In this document: piece by piece, positions 23,485-35,459 of the stretch
How the letters are laid out: every line of letters begins with the position of its first letter
How positions within the stretch are numbered: the stretch's first letter is position 1
Assembly (NCBI RefSeq): GCF_001194135.2
Contig: NC_068989.1
Span: 5,498,610-5,540,410, forward strand
DNA length: 41,801 bases
Source of the DNA: Octopus bimaculoides
Lineage: Eukaryota
Reading direction: 5' to 3'
The notes under the pieces: generated by a model
Database searches by the model: none
What the model was told of the DNA's origin: nothing
What the model saw: the letters and a program-made list of their open reading frames with translations, nothing else
Program-made: the position numbers and the translations under genes

Positions 23485-23695
23485 TGTGCTTCTATTTGTT
23501 CCCTACCATCACATGATAACCGATGTTGGTCTGTTTACGTCCACGTAAAACAGCTGTTCGGCAAACGAGAGCACGAGAATAAGTACTATACTTTAAGAAA
23601 GTCCTGTGGCTCATGTGTTCAACTAAATCCTTCAAGACGGTACTCCAGCATGGGCAAAGTCTTAAAGACTGGAACAGGTAAAAGATAGAAGATAA
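23485..23695 (+). mobile_element. SINE family B, 3' half
   Basis: GATAACCGATGTTGGT.TGTTTACGTCC...GTTCGGCAAA...ATAAGTACT...TACTCCAGCATGG. Confidence 0.75.
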
Positions 23696-24987
23696 AACAT
23701 GCATGTGTGCGCACGTGTGTGGATGTATATATGTATATGTACATACATACATACATACATACATGTGTATGTACATATGTATATATGTATACATACATAC
23801 ATACATACATACATCATACATATATGCATGCATAGATATGTATGTTGTGTATATATAAAGACAGGCAGGTCACAACTTGAATGCTTTGAAAATAAATCTA
23901 TTCTATCGATTCTGAGCTTGGACCTAACAACAACAACAACAGCAGCGACTTCCTCTTCGAAATGTGTCTCTTTTAGTAAATCGATATCTCTCGTATTTTG
24001 ACCCCCTCCCCNNNNNNNNNNNNNNNNNNNNNNNNNNNNNNNNNNNNNNNNNNNNNNNNNNNNNNNNNNNNNNNNNNNNNNNNNNNNNNNNNNNNNNNNN
24101 NNNNNNNNNNNNNNNNNNNNNNNNNNNNNNNNNNNNNNNNNNNNNNNNNNNNNNNNNNNNNNNNNNNNNNNNNNNNNNNNNNNNNNNNNNNNNNNNNNNN
24201 NNNNNNNNNNNNNNNNNNNNNNNNNNNNNNNNNNNNNNNNNNNNNNNNNNNNNNNNNNNNNNNNNNNNNNNNNNNNNNNNNNNNNNNNNNNNNNNNNNNN
24301 NNNNNNNNNNNNNNNNNNNNNNNNNNNNNNNNNNNNNNNNNNNNNNNNNNNNNNNNNNNNNNNNNNNNNNNNNNNNNNNNNNNNNNNNNNNNNNNNNNNN
24401 NNNNNNNNNNNNNNNNNNNNNNNNNNNNNNNNNNNNNNNNNNNNNNNNNNNNNNNNNNNNNNNNNNNNNNNNNNNNNNNNNNNNNNNNNNNNNNNNNNNN
24501 NNNNNNNNNNNNNNNNNNNNNNNNNNNNNNNNNNNNNNNNNNNNNNNNNNNNNNNNNNNNNNNNNNNNNNNNNNNNNNNNNNNNNNNNNNNNNNNNNNNN
24601 NNNNNNNNNNNNNNNNNNNNNNNNNNNNNNNNNNNNNNNNNNNNNNNNNNNNNNNNNNNNNNNNNNNNNNNNNNNNNNNNNNNNNNNNNNNNNNNNNNNN
24701 NNNNNNNNNNNNNNNNNNNNNNNNNNNNNNNNNNNNNNNNNNNNNNNNNNNNNNNNNNNNNNNNNNNNNNNNNNNNNNNNNNNNNNNNNNNNNNNNNNNN
24801 NNNNNNNNNNNNNNNNNNNNNNNNNNNNNNNNNNNNNNNNNNNNNNNNNNNNNNNNNNNNNNNNNNNNNNNNNNNNNNNNNNNNNNNNNNNNNNNNNNNN
24901 NNNNNNNNNNNNNNNNNNNNNNNNNNNNNNNNNNNNNNNNNNNNNNNNNNNNNNNNNNNNNNNNNNNNNNNNNNNNNNNNNNNNNNN

Positions 24988-25051
<64 letters not shown>

Positions 25052-25378
25052 ACATACACACACACATATATGTGTATATATGTAGCAGAAAAGTCATTAA
25101 CGAAGTTGTACTGAAATAGGTCGATCTAAATTTTGGAAGAAAACATCAAACACACAAATTTGAATGACTCACTTGATCGAAGAACTGGAAAAATCCAGTT
25201 GAAACCGTTGGGGATCCATATTTATGTCTGAATATACTTACGTAAGCATGTATGTATGTATGTTTTTTTCCTATGAGTTTTATTTAAATTCTTTTTTAGA
25301 GAGTTCAAGCCGCTCGCTAACGAACTGACAAAACCTTTTGTGTCAAGAGAGTTCCCGGTGTTTGTAAATATTTGATTG

Positions 25379-25555
25379 GGGTTATTTCGTCTGTCTTTAC
25401 ATTCTGAGTTCAAATTCCGCCGAGGTCGACTTTGCCTTTCATCCTTTCGGGGTCGATAAATTAAGTACCAGTTGCGTACTGGGGTTGATCTAATCGACTG
25501 TCCCCCGCCTCCCAAAAAATTTCGGACCTTGTGCCTAGAGTAGAAAAGAATATTT
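25379..25555 (+). mobile_element. SINE family A (tail type A2), 5'-truncated
   Basis: GAGTTCAAATTCCGCCGAGGTCGACTTTGCCTTTCATCCTTTCGGGGTCGAT... ending GACCTTGTGCCTAGAGTAGAAAAGAAT. Confidence 0.88.
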
Positions 25556-26798
25556 GAGGTGGTGAGCTGGTTGAGTTGTCGGTACATACACCCACGAGTG
25601 TGCATCTATTCATCTGAAGAATCTCAGATGGAGAATCTTTGGGCTGGTTAGTTCACCTATGATCATAGGTGCAAATTACCTAACGAACCTATGATGATAG
25701 GCAGAGATGATACTTCTCAATCAGGGTACAAAAGCATTAATTCACCATAAATGCTCTCTTTTTCCTGGACTTTTGACATCGGCTGGGCAGCTGACCCCTA
25801 CAAACAGTGCATGAATTTTGTTCCCTGTGCCACAGAACGACATCAGGTTTGCTGTTTGCAACGAATTGCTGTTTTTATTGGGGTGTTCCACCAGTATTTC
25901 TTGTTTTAAAAGTGTGAACAACTGCTACTTCTGACATGCCTTTGGTTTATACAACCGGAAGTCCCATTTTTGCTGAACAGTTCGATAGCTAGTCTGCAGC
26001 AAAGGTCCTCGTTTATAGTTCGTCTCTTACGAGTGCCCGGCCAGTGCCCTACAATCATGCACAGGCATCGCTTCGCATACCAACATCGTAATCCTCATAG
26101 GCTGACTCTGAAACGTTTTAAGCGATGGCTGTACTAGAGAACAAGGAAGCGGCTATCACGTATATATGCCTATATATATATGTATATATGTATGTGATTG
26201 TTCAGTTTTATTTCAAGATACCTTGCCAATAGAGAAAAAACTGGTTTCTAACCTAGATCCAAGGCTCCTTCACTGGAATTCCATCATCAACAACAGGGTA
26301 TATTTGTATGTATGTATGTATGTATGTTTGTATGTATGTATGTATGTATACGTGCAGATTTGTATGTTTTACTTTATGTATGTAATCTCATGCATATAGT
26401 TGCATATCTAGACATGCTCTCATATATACTTAAATGATAAACTTCTGGAAAGTATGTATGTATGTATGTATGTATGTATGTATGTATCTATGTGTGTGCT
26501 TGTGTGTGTAATGATGTATGTATGTTCGTGTTCGTGTGTATGTCTGTATTATTTTTAATTATTCGTTTTCAACAAAGATGCAGAACTCTATATTTGGAAT
26601 GTAGGTAACTAAAAGCAATGTCATATGTTGTTGAGGTTGAGAACTACATCCGGTCTGTTATGCTTGCACTTGACAAGTTTGTTTGTTTTTTTTTTATTCA
26701 AATATCTCACTAACATTCCCTGCGTTGATATTTATGTCTGTTCAACAACAGAAGAATTCTCTATATTCATTCCACGACGGTTTTCCTTTTCATTTTCA

Positions 26799-27002
26799 TT
26801 GGCAGAATCGTTAGCACGCCGTGCACAATATTTAGCCCCATTACGTCCGTCAGTACGTTGTGATTTCAAATTCCACCGAGGTTGACTTTGCCATTCATCC
26901 TTTCGGGGTTCGATAAATTGAGTACCAGTGTAATACTGGGGTCGATGTAATCGACTAACCCACCATCCTCAAATTTCAGTCCTTGTGACTATAATAAAAA
27001 GT
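26799..27002 (+). mobile_element. SINE family A (tail A2), nested in the RLE fossil
   Basis: TTGGCAGAATCGTTAGCACGCC head, family A body and degraded A2 tail. Confidence 0.85.
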
Positions 27003-27277
27003 ATCACATATTGTTTTATCGACAACGTCGTATCGCATACGAAGGTAGTATCTCGATGATATTTTTGGTCAATTGCCGATCACGTTTGATATCTTCCAAA
27101 GAAATATGGACATAATCGACATTTTCAGTTGATGCTCCAAGGGCTTCGCTGTCTCTTTTGTTTATTATTAATTTTGTAGCAATCTCCTGTTCCTGGATTA
27201 CAAACGCATAACCTTCCAAGTGCGATGTGATGTAGCGGCAACAAATCCAAGAGAGGCTGCAATTCATGTCGGTATTA

Positions 27278-27655
27278 AGGCGGCGAGCTGGCAGAATCGT
27301 CAGCGCGCTGGACGAAATGCTTAGCGGTATTTCGCCCGTCGCTACGTTCTGCGTTCAAATTCCGCCGAGGTCACCTTTACCTTTCATCCTTCGGGGTCAA
27401 TAAATTAAGTTCCAGTTGCATACTGGGGTGGGTCGATCTACTCGACTGGCCTCCTTCCCAAAAATTTCGAGCCTTGTGCCTAGAGTAGAAAAGGATATTT
27501 TATGGACGCGCTAAGGCAGCGAGCTAGCAGAAACGTTAGCACGCCTTTCATCCTTTCGGGGTCGATAAGTTAAGTACCAGTTGCGTACTGGGATCGATCT
27601 AATCGACTAGCCCCCCTTCCCCCAAAATGCCGGGCTTTGTGCCTAAGTAGTAAAG
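27278..27655 (+). mobile_element. SINE family A dimer (full copy + internally deleted copy) with 17-bp TSD, nested in the RLE fossil
   Basis: Copies at 27278-27495 and about 27512-27655. Flanked by AATTCATGTCGGTATTA (27261-27277) and AATTCATGTCGATATTA (27656-27672). Confidence 0.88.
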
Positions 27656-27995
27656 AATTCATGTCGATATTATTGTCATCTTCAAATCTGAGAGAGGCAT
27701 ACGCATGCTTAGTATTTTTCTGCATGCTCTGCTTCTCTGGGTTATATAAGTCTATCTGACTTGAGGTGGTGCTGGGGGTCGTTAGGAAGAGAGTACTTCC
27801 CGGGGAGCTCACTACCGACACGTAGGATGTTGTCCTCGTTTTTCATCACTGCGTATATATATTTGTTTGTTATTGTTGTCTGAGAGATACTCTACGACAT
27901 TGGAAGGCTCTCTGCACTGATCTCGAGATTCCACTTGCTTCGTCTCTTCTTAGATGGAGCCTGTCGATATCATCGTTGTTGCGGAAGTATATACG

Positions 27996-28935
27996 CATGT
28001 ATGTATGTATGTATGTATGTATGTATGTATGCATGTATGTATGTATGTATGTATGTATGCATGTATGTATGTATGTATGCATGCATGTATGTATGTATGT
28101 GTGTATGTATGTATGTATGTATGTATGTATGTATGCATGTATGTATGCATGCATGTATGCATGTATGTATGTATGTATGCATGTATGTATGCATGTATGT
28201 ATGTATGTATGTATGCATGCATGTATGCATGTATGTGTGTATGTATGTATGTGTGTATGTATGTATGTATGTATNNNNNNNNNNNNNNNNNNNNNNNNNN
28301 NNNNNNNNNNNNNNNNNNNNNNNNNNNNNNNNNNNNNNNNNNNNNNNNNNNNNNNNNNNNNNNNNNNNNNNNNNNNNNNNNNNNNNNNNNNNNNNNNNNN
28401 NNNNNNNNNNNNNNNNNNNNNNNNNNNNNNNNNNNNNNNNNNNNNNNNNNNNNNNNNNNNNNNNNNNNNNNNNNNNNNNNNNNNNNNNNNNNNNNNNNNN
28501 NNNNNNNNNNNNNNNNNNNNNNNNNNNNNNNNNNNNNNNNNNNNNNNNNNNNNNNNNNNNNNNNNNNNNNNNNNNNNNNNNNNNNNNNNNNNNNNNNNNN
28601 NNNNNNNNNNNNNNNNNNNNNNNNNNNNNNNNNNNNNNNNNNNNNNNNNNNNNNNNNNNNNNNNNNNNNNNNNNNNNNNNNNNNNNNNNNNNNNNNNNNN
28701 NNNGTATGCATGTATGTATGCATGTATGTATGTATGTATGTATGTGTATGTGTGTATGTATGTATGTATGTATGTATGCATGTATGTATGCATGTATGTA
28801 TGTATGTATATAGGTTTGTATGTATGTATGCATGTATGTATGCATGTATGTATGTATGCATGTATGCATGTATGTATGCATGTATGTATGTATGTATGTA
28901 TGCATGCATGTATGTATGTATGCATGTATGTATGT
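27996..28935. repeat. (TATG)n/(CATG)n tetranucleotide array spanning a gap
   Basis: Direct reading; N-run at 28275-28703. Confidence 0.95.
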
Positions 28936-29071
28936 ATGTGTATGCATGTGTGTGTGTATGCGTGCAAGTACGTACGTAGATACGGATGTTTATATGTATG
29001 CATGTGTGTGTGTGTGTGTGTGCGTATGTATGAATCTATGTATGTTTGCTTGTATTGTGTATGTGTATATT

Positions 29072-29117
<46 letters not shown>

Positions 29118-29394
29118 CTTGTGAAAAACGGAAGCTGAACTTTTCAAACAGGAAACCAGAGCATATTGGCCGATTCGGTACGCTACGAGATTGCCATCAA
29201 GAGAACAGACACATGGAGAAAGAAAAATAAATAAATAAAGAAAGAAAAAAAGCACTGTAACGTCGCCGCCGCCGGAGACCATTATGGTAGTGGTGTTGGT
29301 TTTGACAGGAATTATTGTTTATGATGAAAATGATATTGAGGAGAAGGAGGAGGAGAAGGAGAAAGGGGTGGAAAGCCGTTGATGGTGATGGTGA

Positions 29395-29585
29395 AGAAGA
29401 AGAAGAAGAAGAAGAAGAAGAAGAAGAAGAAGAAGAAGAAGAAGAAGAAGAAGAAGAAGAAGAGCAATGTTTAGACTAAATAAGGATAAGGCAGAATAAT
29501 ATTAATAAGAACAAGAGGAAGAACAATAAAGTCGGAAAAGAAAAAAGGAGAAAGAAACAGGAAAACTCTGCCATAATCAGAACAG

Positions 29586-29639
<54 letters not shown>

Positions 29640-29728
29640 GACTAATAACAACAGAAGCAACAGATATAAGAATAATATCAACCAATCAGGAAATATAACT
29701 TAAATGTAATGGAAACAGAAATCAAAAC

Positions 29729-29768
<40 letters not shown>

Positions 29769-29835
29769 TGATGATGATGGTGATGATGATGATGGTGATG
29801 ATGATGATGGTGATGATGATAATAATGATAATAGT
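29395..29835. repeat. Cluster of (GAA)n, (CAT)n, (AAT)n and (GAT)n trinucleotide repeats
   Basis: (GAA)n 29395-29462, (CAT)n 29587-29637, (AAT)/(GAT) 29728-29835. Confidence 0.95.
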
Positions 29836-30785
29836 AAATGAAGGAAGGAATAAATAAATAGACTACAATATAAGATACCACGGAGTAGCGATTGGTTTTT
29901 TTCTCCTTCTTTTGGCGACTGCAAAACCATATCGACTGTGCTACTNNNNNNNNNNNNNNNNNNNNNNNNNNNNNNNNNNNNNNNNNNNNNNNNNNNNNNN
30001 NNNNNNNNNNNNNNNNNNNNNNNNNNNNNNNNNNNNNNNNNNNNNNNNNNNNNNNNNNNNNNNNNNNNNNNNNNNNNNNNNNNNNNNNNNNNNNNNNNNN
30101 NNNNNNNNNNNNNNNNNNNNNNNNNNNNNNNNNNNNNNNNNNNNNNNNNNNNNNNNNNNNNNNNNNNNNNNNNNNNNNNNNNNNNNNNNNNNNNNNNNNN
30201 NNNNNNNNNNNNNNNNNNNNNNNNNNNNNNNNNNNNNNNNNNNNNNNNNNNNNNNNNNNNNNNNNNNNNNNNNNNNNNNNNNNNNNNNNNNNNNNNNNNN
30301 NNNNNNNNNNNNNNNNNNNNNNNNNNNNNNNNNNNNNNNNNNNNNNNNNNNNNNNNNNNNNNNNNNNNNNNNNNNNNNNNNNNNNNNNNNNNNNNNNNNN
30401 NNNNNNNNNNNNNNNNNNNNNNNNNNNNNNNNNNNNNNNNNNNNNNNNNNNNNNNNNNNNNNNNNNNNNNNNNNNNNNNNNNNNNNNNNNNNNNNNNNNN
30501 NNNNNNNNNNNNNNNNNNNNNNNNNNNNNNNNNNNNNNNNNNNNNNNNNNNNNNNNNNNNNNNNNNNNNNNNNNNNNNNNNNNNNNNNNNNNNNNNNNNN
30601 NNNNNNNNNNNNNNNNNNNNNNNNNNNNNNNNNNNNNNNNNNNNNNNNNNNNNNNNNNTACCACTGCCACTACTGCCATCAACACCACTACCACCACCAT
30701 TGTATCGACCTGTTATGGCGTCCGAACACACACTTATACACATGCACACATCTTCACTCTAACACACATACAGTTAAACACACAT

Positions 30786-30816
<31 letters not shown>

Positions 30817-31060
30817 AGCACACACACACACAAACACACACAAACACACACAAACACAAGTACTAATAGAAAGGAGAAGATAAATACTCTAACACGCATA
30901 AATACCCACATATAAACACACGTGTCCACACTCCGGCAAACCTCCATAACACGTAACAGAGTTGGCATTTAAACAGCTTCTGCTCTTATTGTCTATGTAC
31001 ATACATGTACTTCAATGTGAGTGCGCATGTATGTACTCTATATGTATGTATGTATATATA

Positions 31061-31219
31061 GGTGCAGGAGTGGCTGTGTGGTAAGAAGCTTGCTCCCCCA
31101 ACCACATGGTTCAGGGTTCAGTCCCATTGCGTGGCACCTTGAGCAGGTATCTCCTACTATAGCTCCGGAACCGATCAAAGCCTTGTGAATGGATTTGGTA
31201 GACGGAAACTGAAAGCATC

Positions 31220-31274
<55 letters not shown>

Positions 31275-31484
31275 ATTCATGTGCGAATGTTTTTGTGTCT
31301 GTTTGTCCACCTATTATTGCTTGAAAACCGGTGTTGGTGTGTTTACGTCTCCGTAACCCAAGGGTTCGGCAAAGAGGCCGTTAAGTACTAACCTTATAAG
31401 AAATATGTCTAGGGGTCAATTTGTTCGACTAACACCCTTCAAGGCAGTGCTCAAGCATGGCCGTAGTCAAATGACTGAAACCAG
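31061..31484 (+). mobile_element. SINE family B, near full length
   Basis: GGTGCAGGAGTGGCTGTGTGGTAAGAAG (A box), GGGTTCAGTCCC (B box), body, (TA)/(TG) tract, and tail CAAGCATGGCCGTAGTCAAATGACTGAAAC running into a gap. Confidence 0.9.
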
Positions 31485-31664
31485 NNNNNNNNNNNNNNNN
31501 NNNNNNNNNNNNNNNNNNNNNNNNNNNNNNNNNNNNNNNNNNNNNNNNNNNNNNNNNNNNNNNNNNNNNNNNNNNNNNNNNNNNNNNNNNNNNNNNNNNN
31601 NNNNNNNNNNNNNNNNNNNNNNNNNNNNNNNNNNNNNNNNNNATATATATATATATATATATAT

Positions 31665-31822
31665 ACTACGGGCTTCTTTCAGTTTCTGTGTACCAAATCC
31701 TCTCACAAGGCTTTGGTCGACCCGAGATATAGTAGAAGATAGTTGCCCAAGGTTCCACGCAGTGGGACCGAACCCAGAACCATGTGGTTGGTAAGTAAAC
31801 TTCTTACCACACACCCACGCCT
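31665..31822 (-). mobile_element. SINE family B, 5' half
   Basis: Reverse complement of the head and body of 31061-31220. Confidence 0.88.
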
Positions 31823-32181
31823 AATACACACACACACACACGCATACATACATGCATACATACATATTAATCGTGCACCGCGCACGATAATTTATGAAGT
31901 GACCGTTTGTAATAAAAATGCACCATGGGGCCTTGAATGTGTAAGATTAACAAAATCGTTACACGATCCGTCTGACTAGTTTCTTGTCTTATTAAGCCTA
32001 TAATCAATAAATAACATCAATCTTCTGTCCATAGAGAGATAATTAGCCAATTGCTAACTGTAGTGTATGCATTTGCGTATAATTTTCATGACAGTACAGG
32101 CGATGACAACGAATCTTAATTAATTATTTAACGTAATGTGCCTATCTTTGTGGTGATTTTCTAATTAATATTTTGTAATGG

Positions 32182-32618
32182 TTTTAGTCATTGGACAGCG
32201 GCCATGCCGGAACACTGCCTTGAAGAGTATTAGTCAAGCAAACCGCTCCCAGTACTTACGGGATCGGTTATATTTAGTCTCTTTTGCCGAAGTGCTAAGT
32301 TACAGAGGCGTAAACAGACCGACACCCGTTGTCAAATGCACACACCCACAAACAAACAAACACACATATACACACACGCACACATACACGCATACACATA
32401 CGCACATATACACACATATATGCAGACAACCCACACAAAGATATATACATATATATATACACAACTGTCTTCGAACACAACCGAATTCACCCTCGAGGCA
32501 TCGATCGGCTCGGGACTGCAGTAGAACACACTTGCCCTCGATTTCATGCAGTGGAACTGAACTCGAAACCACGTGGTTGCAAAGCGAGTTTCTTAACCAC
32601 ACAGCCACATCTGCACCT
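32182..32618 (-). mobile_element. SINE family B, older full-length copy
   Basis: Tail TTAGTCATTGGACAGCGGCCATGCCGG at left, head CTTAACCACACAGCCACATCTGCACC at right. Confidence 0.82.
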
Positions 32619-32729
32619 TAATAGAAATGTCTTGGAAATGATAAAAACATGCAAACAGGCGCATTGCAAACATCTCCAATACGTACGTATACACAACATA
32701 CACGTAAATAATTGTTTCAAGTTTTGGTA

Positions 32730-33145
32730 CAGAAACAATAATTTTATGGGAAGGAGATTAGGCGTCTACATCGACACTAGTGTATAGTATAACTGGTACC
32801 TATCTTATCGATCCCGAAGAGATAAATCGACCTCTGCGAAATTTGAACACGGAACACGAAGAGTCAGAAAAAATATCGCTAACATTTGTCCAACGTGCTA
32901 ACGGTATCAGTTTGTTGTCTTAAATGATTCCAAATTTTGGTACATGGACAGAAATTTTTAAAGAAAAGGTATAGTCGATTACATCGACCTAGCATTCGAT
33001 AGGTATTTAATTTATCGAATTCGAAATGATAACAGGCACAATCAACCACGGTGTAGTTTGAACTAAGAATGTAAGAGTCGGAAGAAGCATCGCTAAACAA
33101 TTTATCCCCGTCGCTCTAACGGTTCTGCCAGCTCAGTGACTTTAG
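32730..33145 (-). mobile_element. Two degraded tandem SINE family A copies
   Basis: Two successive blocks (about 32730-32910 and 32930-33145), each with GTC(G/T)A(T/C)...ATCGAC, GAAATTTGAAC or GTTTGAAC, and CTAACGGT..., matching the reverse complement of family A. Confidence 0.65.
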
Positions 33146-33601
33146 CCGCTGTTTGCATATTACATAGAATCATTTCAGCACAACAGAAAACCACACAAAC
33201 TAGAACCAAGCACTTTGTGTACCCAAGGCAAGCATAGTTGCGTTCGGTTGTGCATGGAAGCACGCAATAGAAATAAGACCACTCCAAAAGTTCAGGCATA
33301 TTTGACCTGGATAATTTGGCTCGGAAATTATATGGTATCCTGCCAGATAAAAATCAAATTATACAGTGAATATACAACAAATAAAAACAAACTTTTCACG
33401 CAGCACAAATTACTTACAGACAAAGTCGATAACGATATTTTTCAAGAGCAAGCGTGATTATTGTGATTGGCATGTTTGTACGTGCTTAAGTGTATATGTG
33501 TGTATGTTTGGGTGTGTCTCTGTAGGTGTATGTATATATGTATGTGTGTGTATATAAATATATATGTGTGTGTGTGTATATATATATATAAATATATAAT
33601 A

Positions 33602-33639
<38 letters not shown>

Positions 33640-33645
33640 ACTATA

Positions 33646-33863
33646 TATTCTTTTCTACTCTAGGCACAAGGCTCGAAATTTTAGGGGTGGGGGGCCAGTC
33701 GATTAGATCGACCCCAGTATGCAACTGGTACTTAATTTATCGACCCCGAAAGGATGAAAGGCAAAGTCGACCTCGGTGGAATTTGAACTCAAAACGTAAA
33801 GACAGACGAAATACCGCTAAGCATTTCGCCCGACGTTCTAACGTTTTTGCCAGCTCACTGCCT
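33646..33863 (-). mobile_element. SINE family A (tail A2), full length, 14-bp TSD
   Basis: Clean reverse complement of family A. TATATATAACTATA at 33632-33645 and 33864-33877. Confidence 0.9.
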
Positions 33864-33890
33864 TATATATAACTATACATTATACCTAAA

Positions 33891-33949
<59 letters not shown>

Positions 33950-34319
33950 CGCGCGCGCATGTGTGTGTAATGGGCATGGTTTTAAACAGCATGAAAAAGC
34001 AACGATTTGGACTTACGACACTTTTCCTTTCGCAGTCAATATCAAATCTGTTCTTTGTCTTTAATTTATTTGCCAGAATTATCAATACTCTAACAATACT
34101 GTCTTTATTTGTTTAAAACTATTGCTCATACAATATTAACATTGTTAATATCATTCGTAAACTGTATATTTTACAATATTTATGCCACAATGGAACTTAT
34201 TGTTCTTCTATCTAAACAACAACACGACGATGAACAGCAGAAACCATTGCCAACGTTTTGATGCAAGTCCTTAGCATAGTTAGGCATGCGTCCCATTTAT
34301 TAGCCTTTCACTTCATGGT

Positions 34320-34770
34320 CAGACCTTACATCTTACATCTTACATACTTAAGCCTTCCTCTGCCTATGAAGCATAGGTCATCGACAACTTTTCTGACTGC
34401 TCTCCGCTCTGAGCTATCCTCTCCGCTCCGAGCTATCCTCTCCGCTCCGAGCTATCCTCTCCGCTCCGAGCTATCCTCTCCGCTCCGAGCTATCCTCTCC
34501 GCTCTGAGCTATCCTCTCCGCTCCAAGCTATCCTCTCCTGGGTTTTGGTTTTGAATTGTCAATGACGCTTCTAGAAATTCGCTTCTTGTCTAGATAGGGG
34601 TGTTACCTTTACGCAAATCCATTTTTATTTCTGGGAAGAGGTGATTCATATTAGTCGCTTCTCTATACTTTGACTTGCCGCATGGGAGGCCTACCAGAGG
34701 CTTGCACTCCCCTGGTTTGGCTTCCAGGATCATTGAGACACACAAGTCATCACAACACAATAAAGACTGG
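34320..34770 (-). mobile_element. Bipartite RTE-derived non-autonomous element (5' UTR joined to 3' end)
   Basis: The minus strand begins with an RTE 5'-UTR-like sequence (CTTGTGTGTCTCAATGATCCTGGAAG...GGTAGGCCTCCCATGC...GTCAAAG). It ends with RRAVRKVVDDLCFIGRGRLK (RTE RT C-terminus-like) and a (ATGTAAG)3 tail. Family assignment is from recalled consensus patterns. Confidence 0.55.
34401..34538. repeat. 19-bp minisatellite, 7 units (TCTCCGCTC[C/T]GAGCTATCC)
   Basis: Units start at 34401, 34420, 34439, 34458, 34477, 34496 and 34515, with only 1-nt variants. Confidence 0.97.
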
Positions 34771-34906
34771 ACCTTGTGGCGAGAACATAGATCAGCCTGC
34801 TTTCAATTATTGGCTTTCTACAAAATTCTAGGGTGGACCACAAAACAGTATTACTTGCACATTTGAAACGGTGGTGATTGTGGTGGTGGTGGTGGTTGTG
34901 GAGTTG

Positions 34907-34960
34907 ATTGCTCCAGCATGGCCGCAGTCAAAATGACTGAAACAAGTAAAGGAATAAAGA
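34907..34960 (+). mobile_element. SINE family B 3' tail fragment
   Basis: TGCTCCAGCATGGCCGCAGTCAAAATGACTGAAACAAGTAAAGGAATAAAGA. Confidence 0.75.
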
Positions 34961-35049
34961 TTATATATTTAAGTCAATAGATGTATTCAAGTTTAATCGG
35001 AAACACTCATAATGGACGCTCCTTAACGTATCATTCTACAAAACGCATA

Positions 35050-35203
35050 AGGGCGGCGAACTGGCAGAAACGTTAGCACGCCGGGCGAAAGGCTTATCGG
35101 TTTTTCGTCTGTCTTTACGTTCTGCGTTCAAATTCCGGCGAGGTCGACTTTGCCTTTCATCCTTTCGGAGTCGATAAATTAAGTACCAGTTGCATACTGG
35201 AGT
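35050..35203 (+). mobile_element. SINE family A, 3'-truncated
   Basis: AGGGCGGCGAACTGGCAGAAACGTTAGC... to ACTGGAGTCG. Confidence 0.88.
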
Positions 35204-35214
35204 CGTATATATAT

Positions 35215-35400
35215 ATACTCTTTTATTTGTTTCAGTCATTTGAGCACTGCCTTTAGTCCAAGAAATCGACTCCAGGAGTTATTCTTTGTAAGCATAGTAC
35301 TTATTCTATCGGACATTTTTGCCGAACCGCTATGTTACAGGGACGTAAACACATCAACATAGGTTGTCAAGTGATGGTGAGGGTAACACACACACACACA

Positions 35401-35459
<59 letters not shown>

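Larger units (their letters stand above)
25660..27990 (-). mobile_element. Fossil RLE-type non-LTR retrotransposon (post-RT region, CCHC knuckle, RLE), interrupted by SINEs and microsatellites
   Basis: Colinear minus-strand blocks: NNDDIDRLHLRRDEASGISRSVQRAFQCRRVSLRQQ (27980-27873); KHAYASLRFEDDNNIDMNS (about 27712-27656); SLSWICCRYITSHLEGYAFVIQEQEIATKLIINKRD; KCRLC..LEDI..VIGN*PKISSRYYLRMRYDVVDKTI (about 27260-27010); KYWWNTPIKTAIRCK / KPDVVLWHREQNSCTV / VSCPADV / QEKESIYGELMLLYPD*EVSSLPIIIGSLG (about 25890-25678). Confidence 0.88.

Noticed and set aside
34401-34538. CRISPR-like array
   Set aside because: Units are directly adjacent with no unique spacers, in eukaryotic context; it is a minisatellite.
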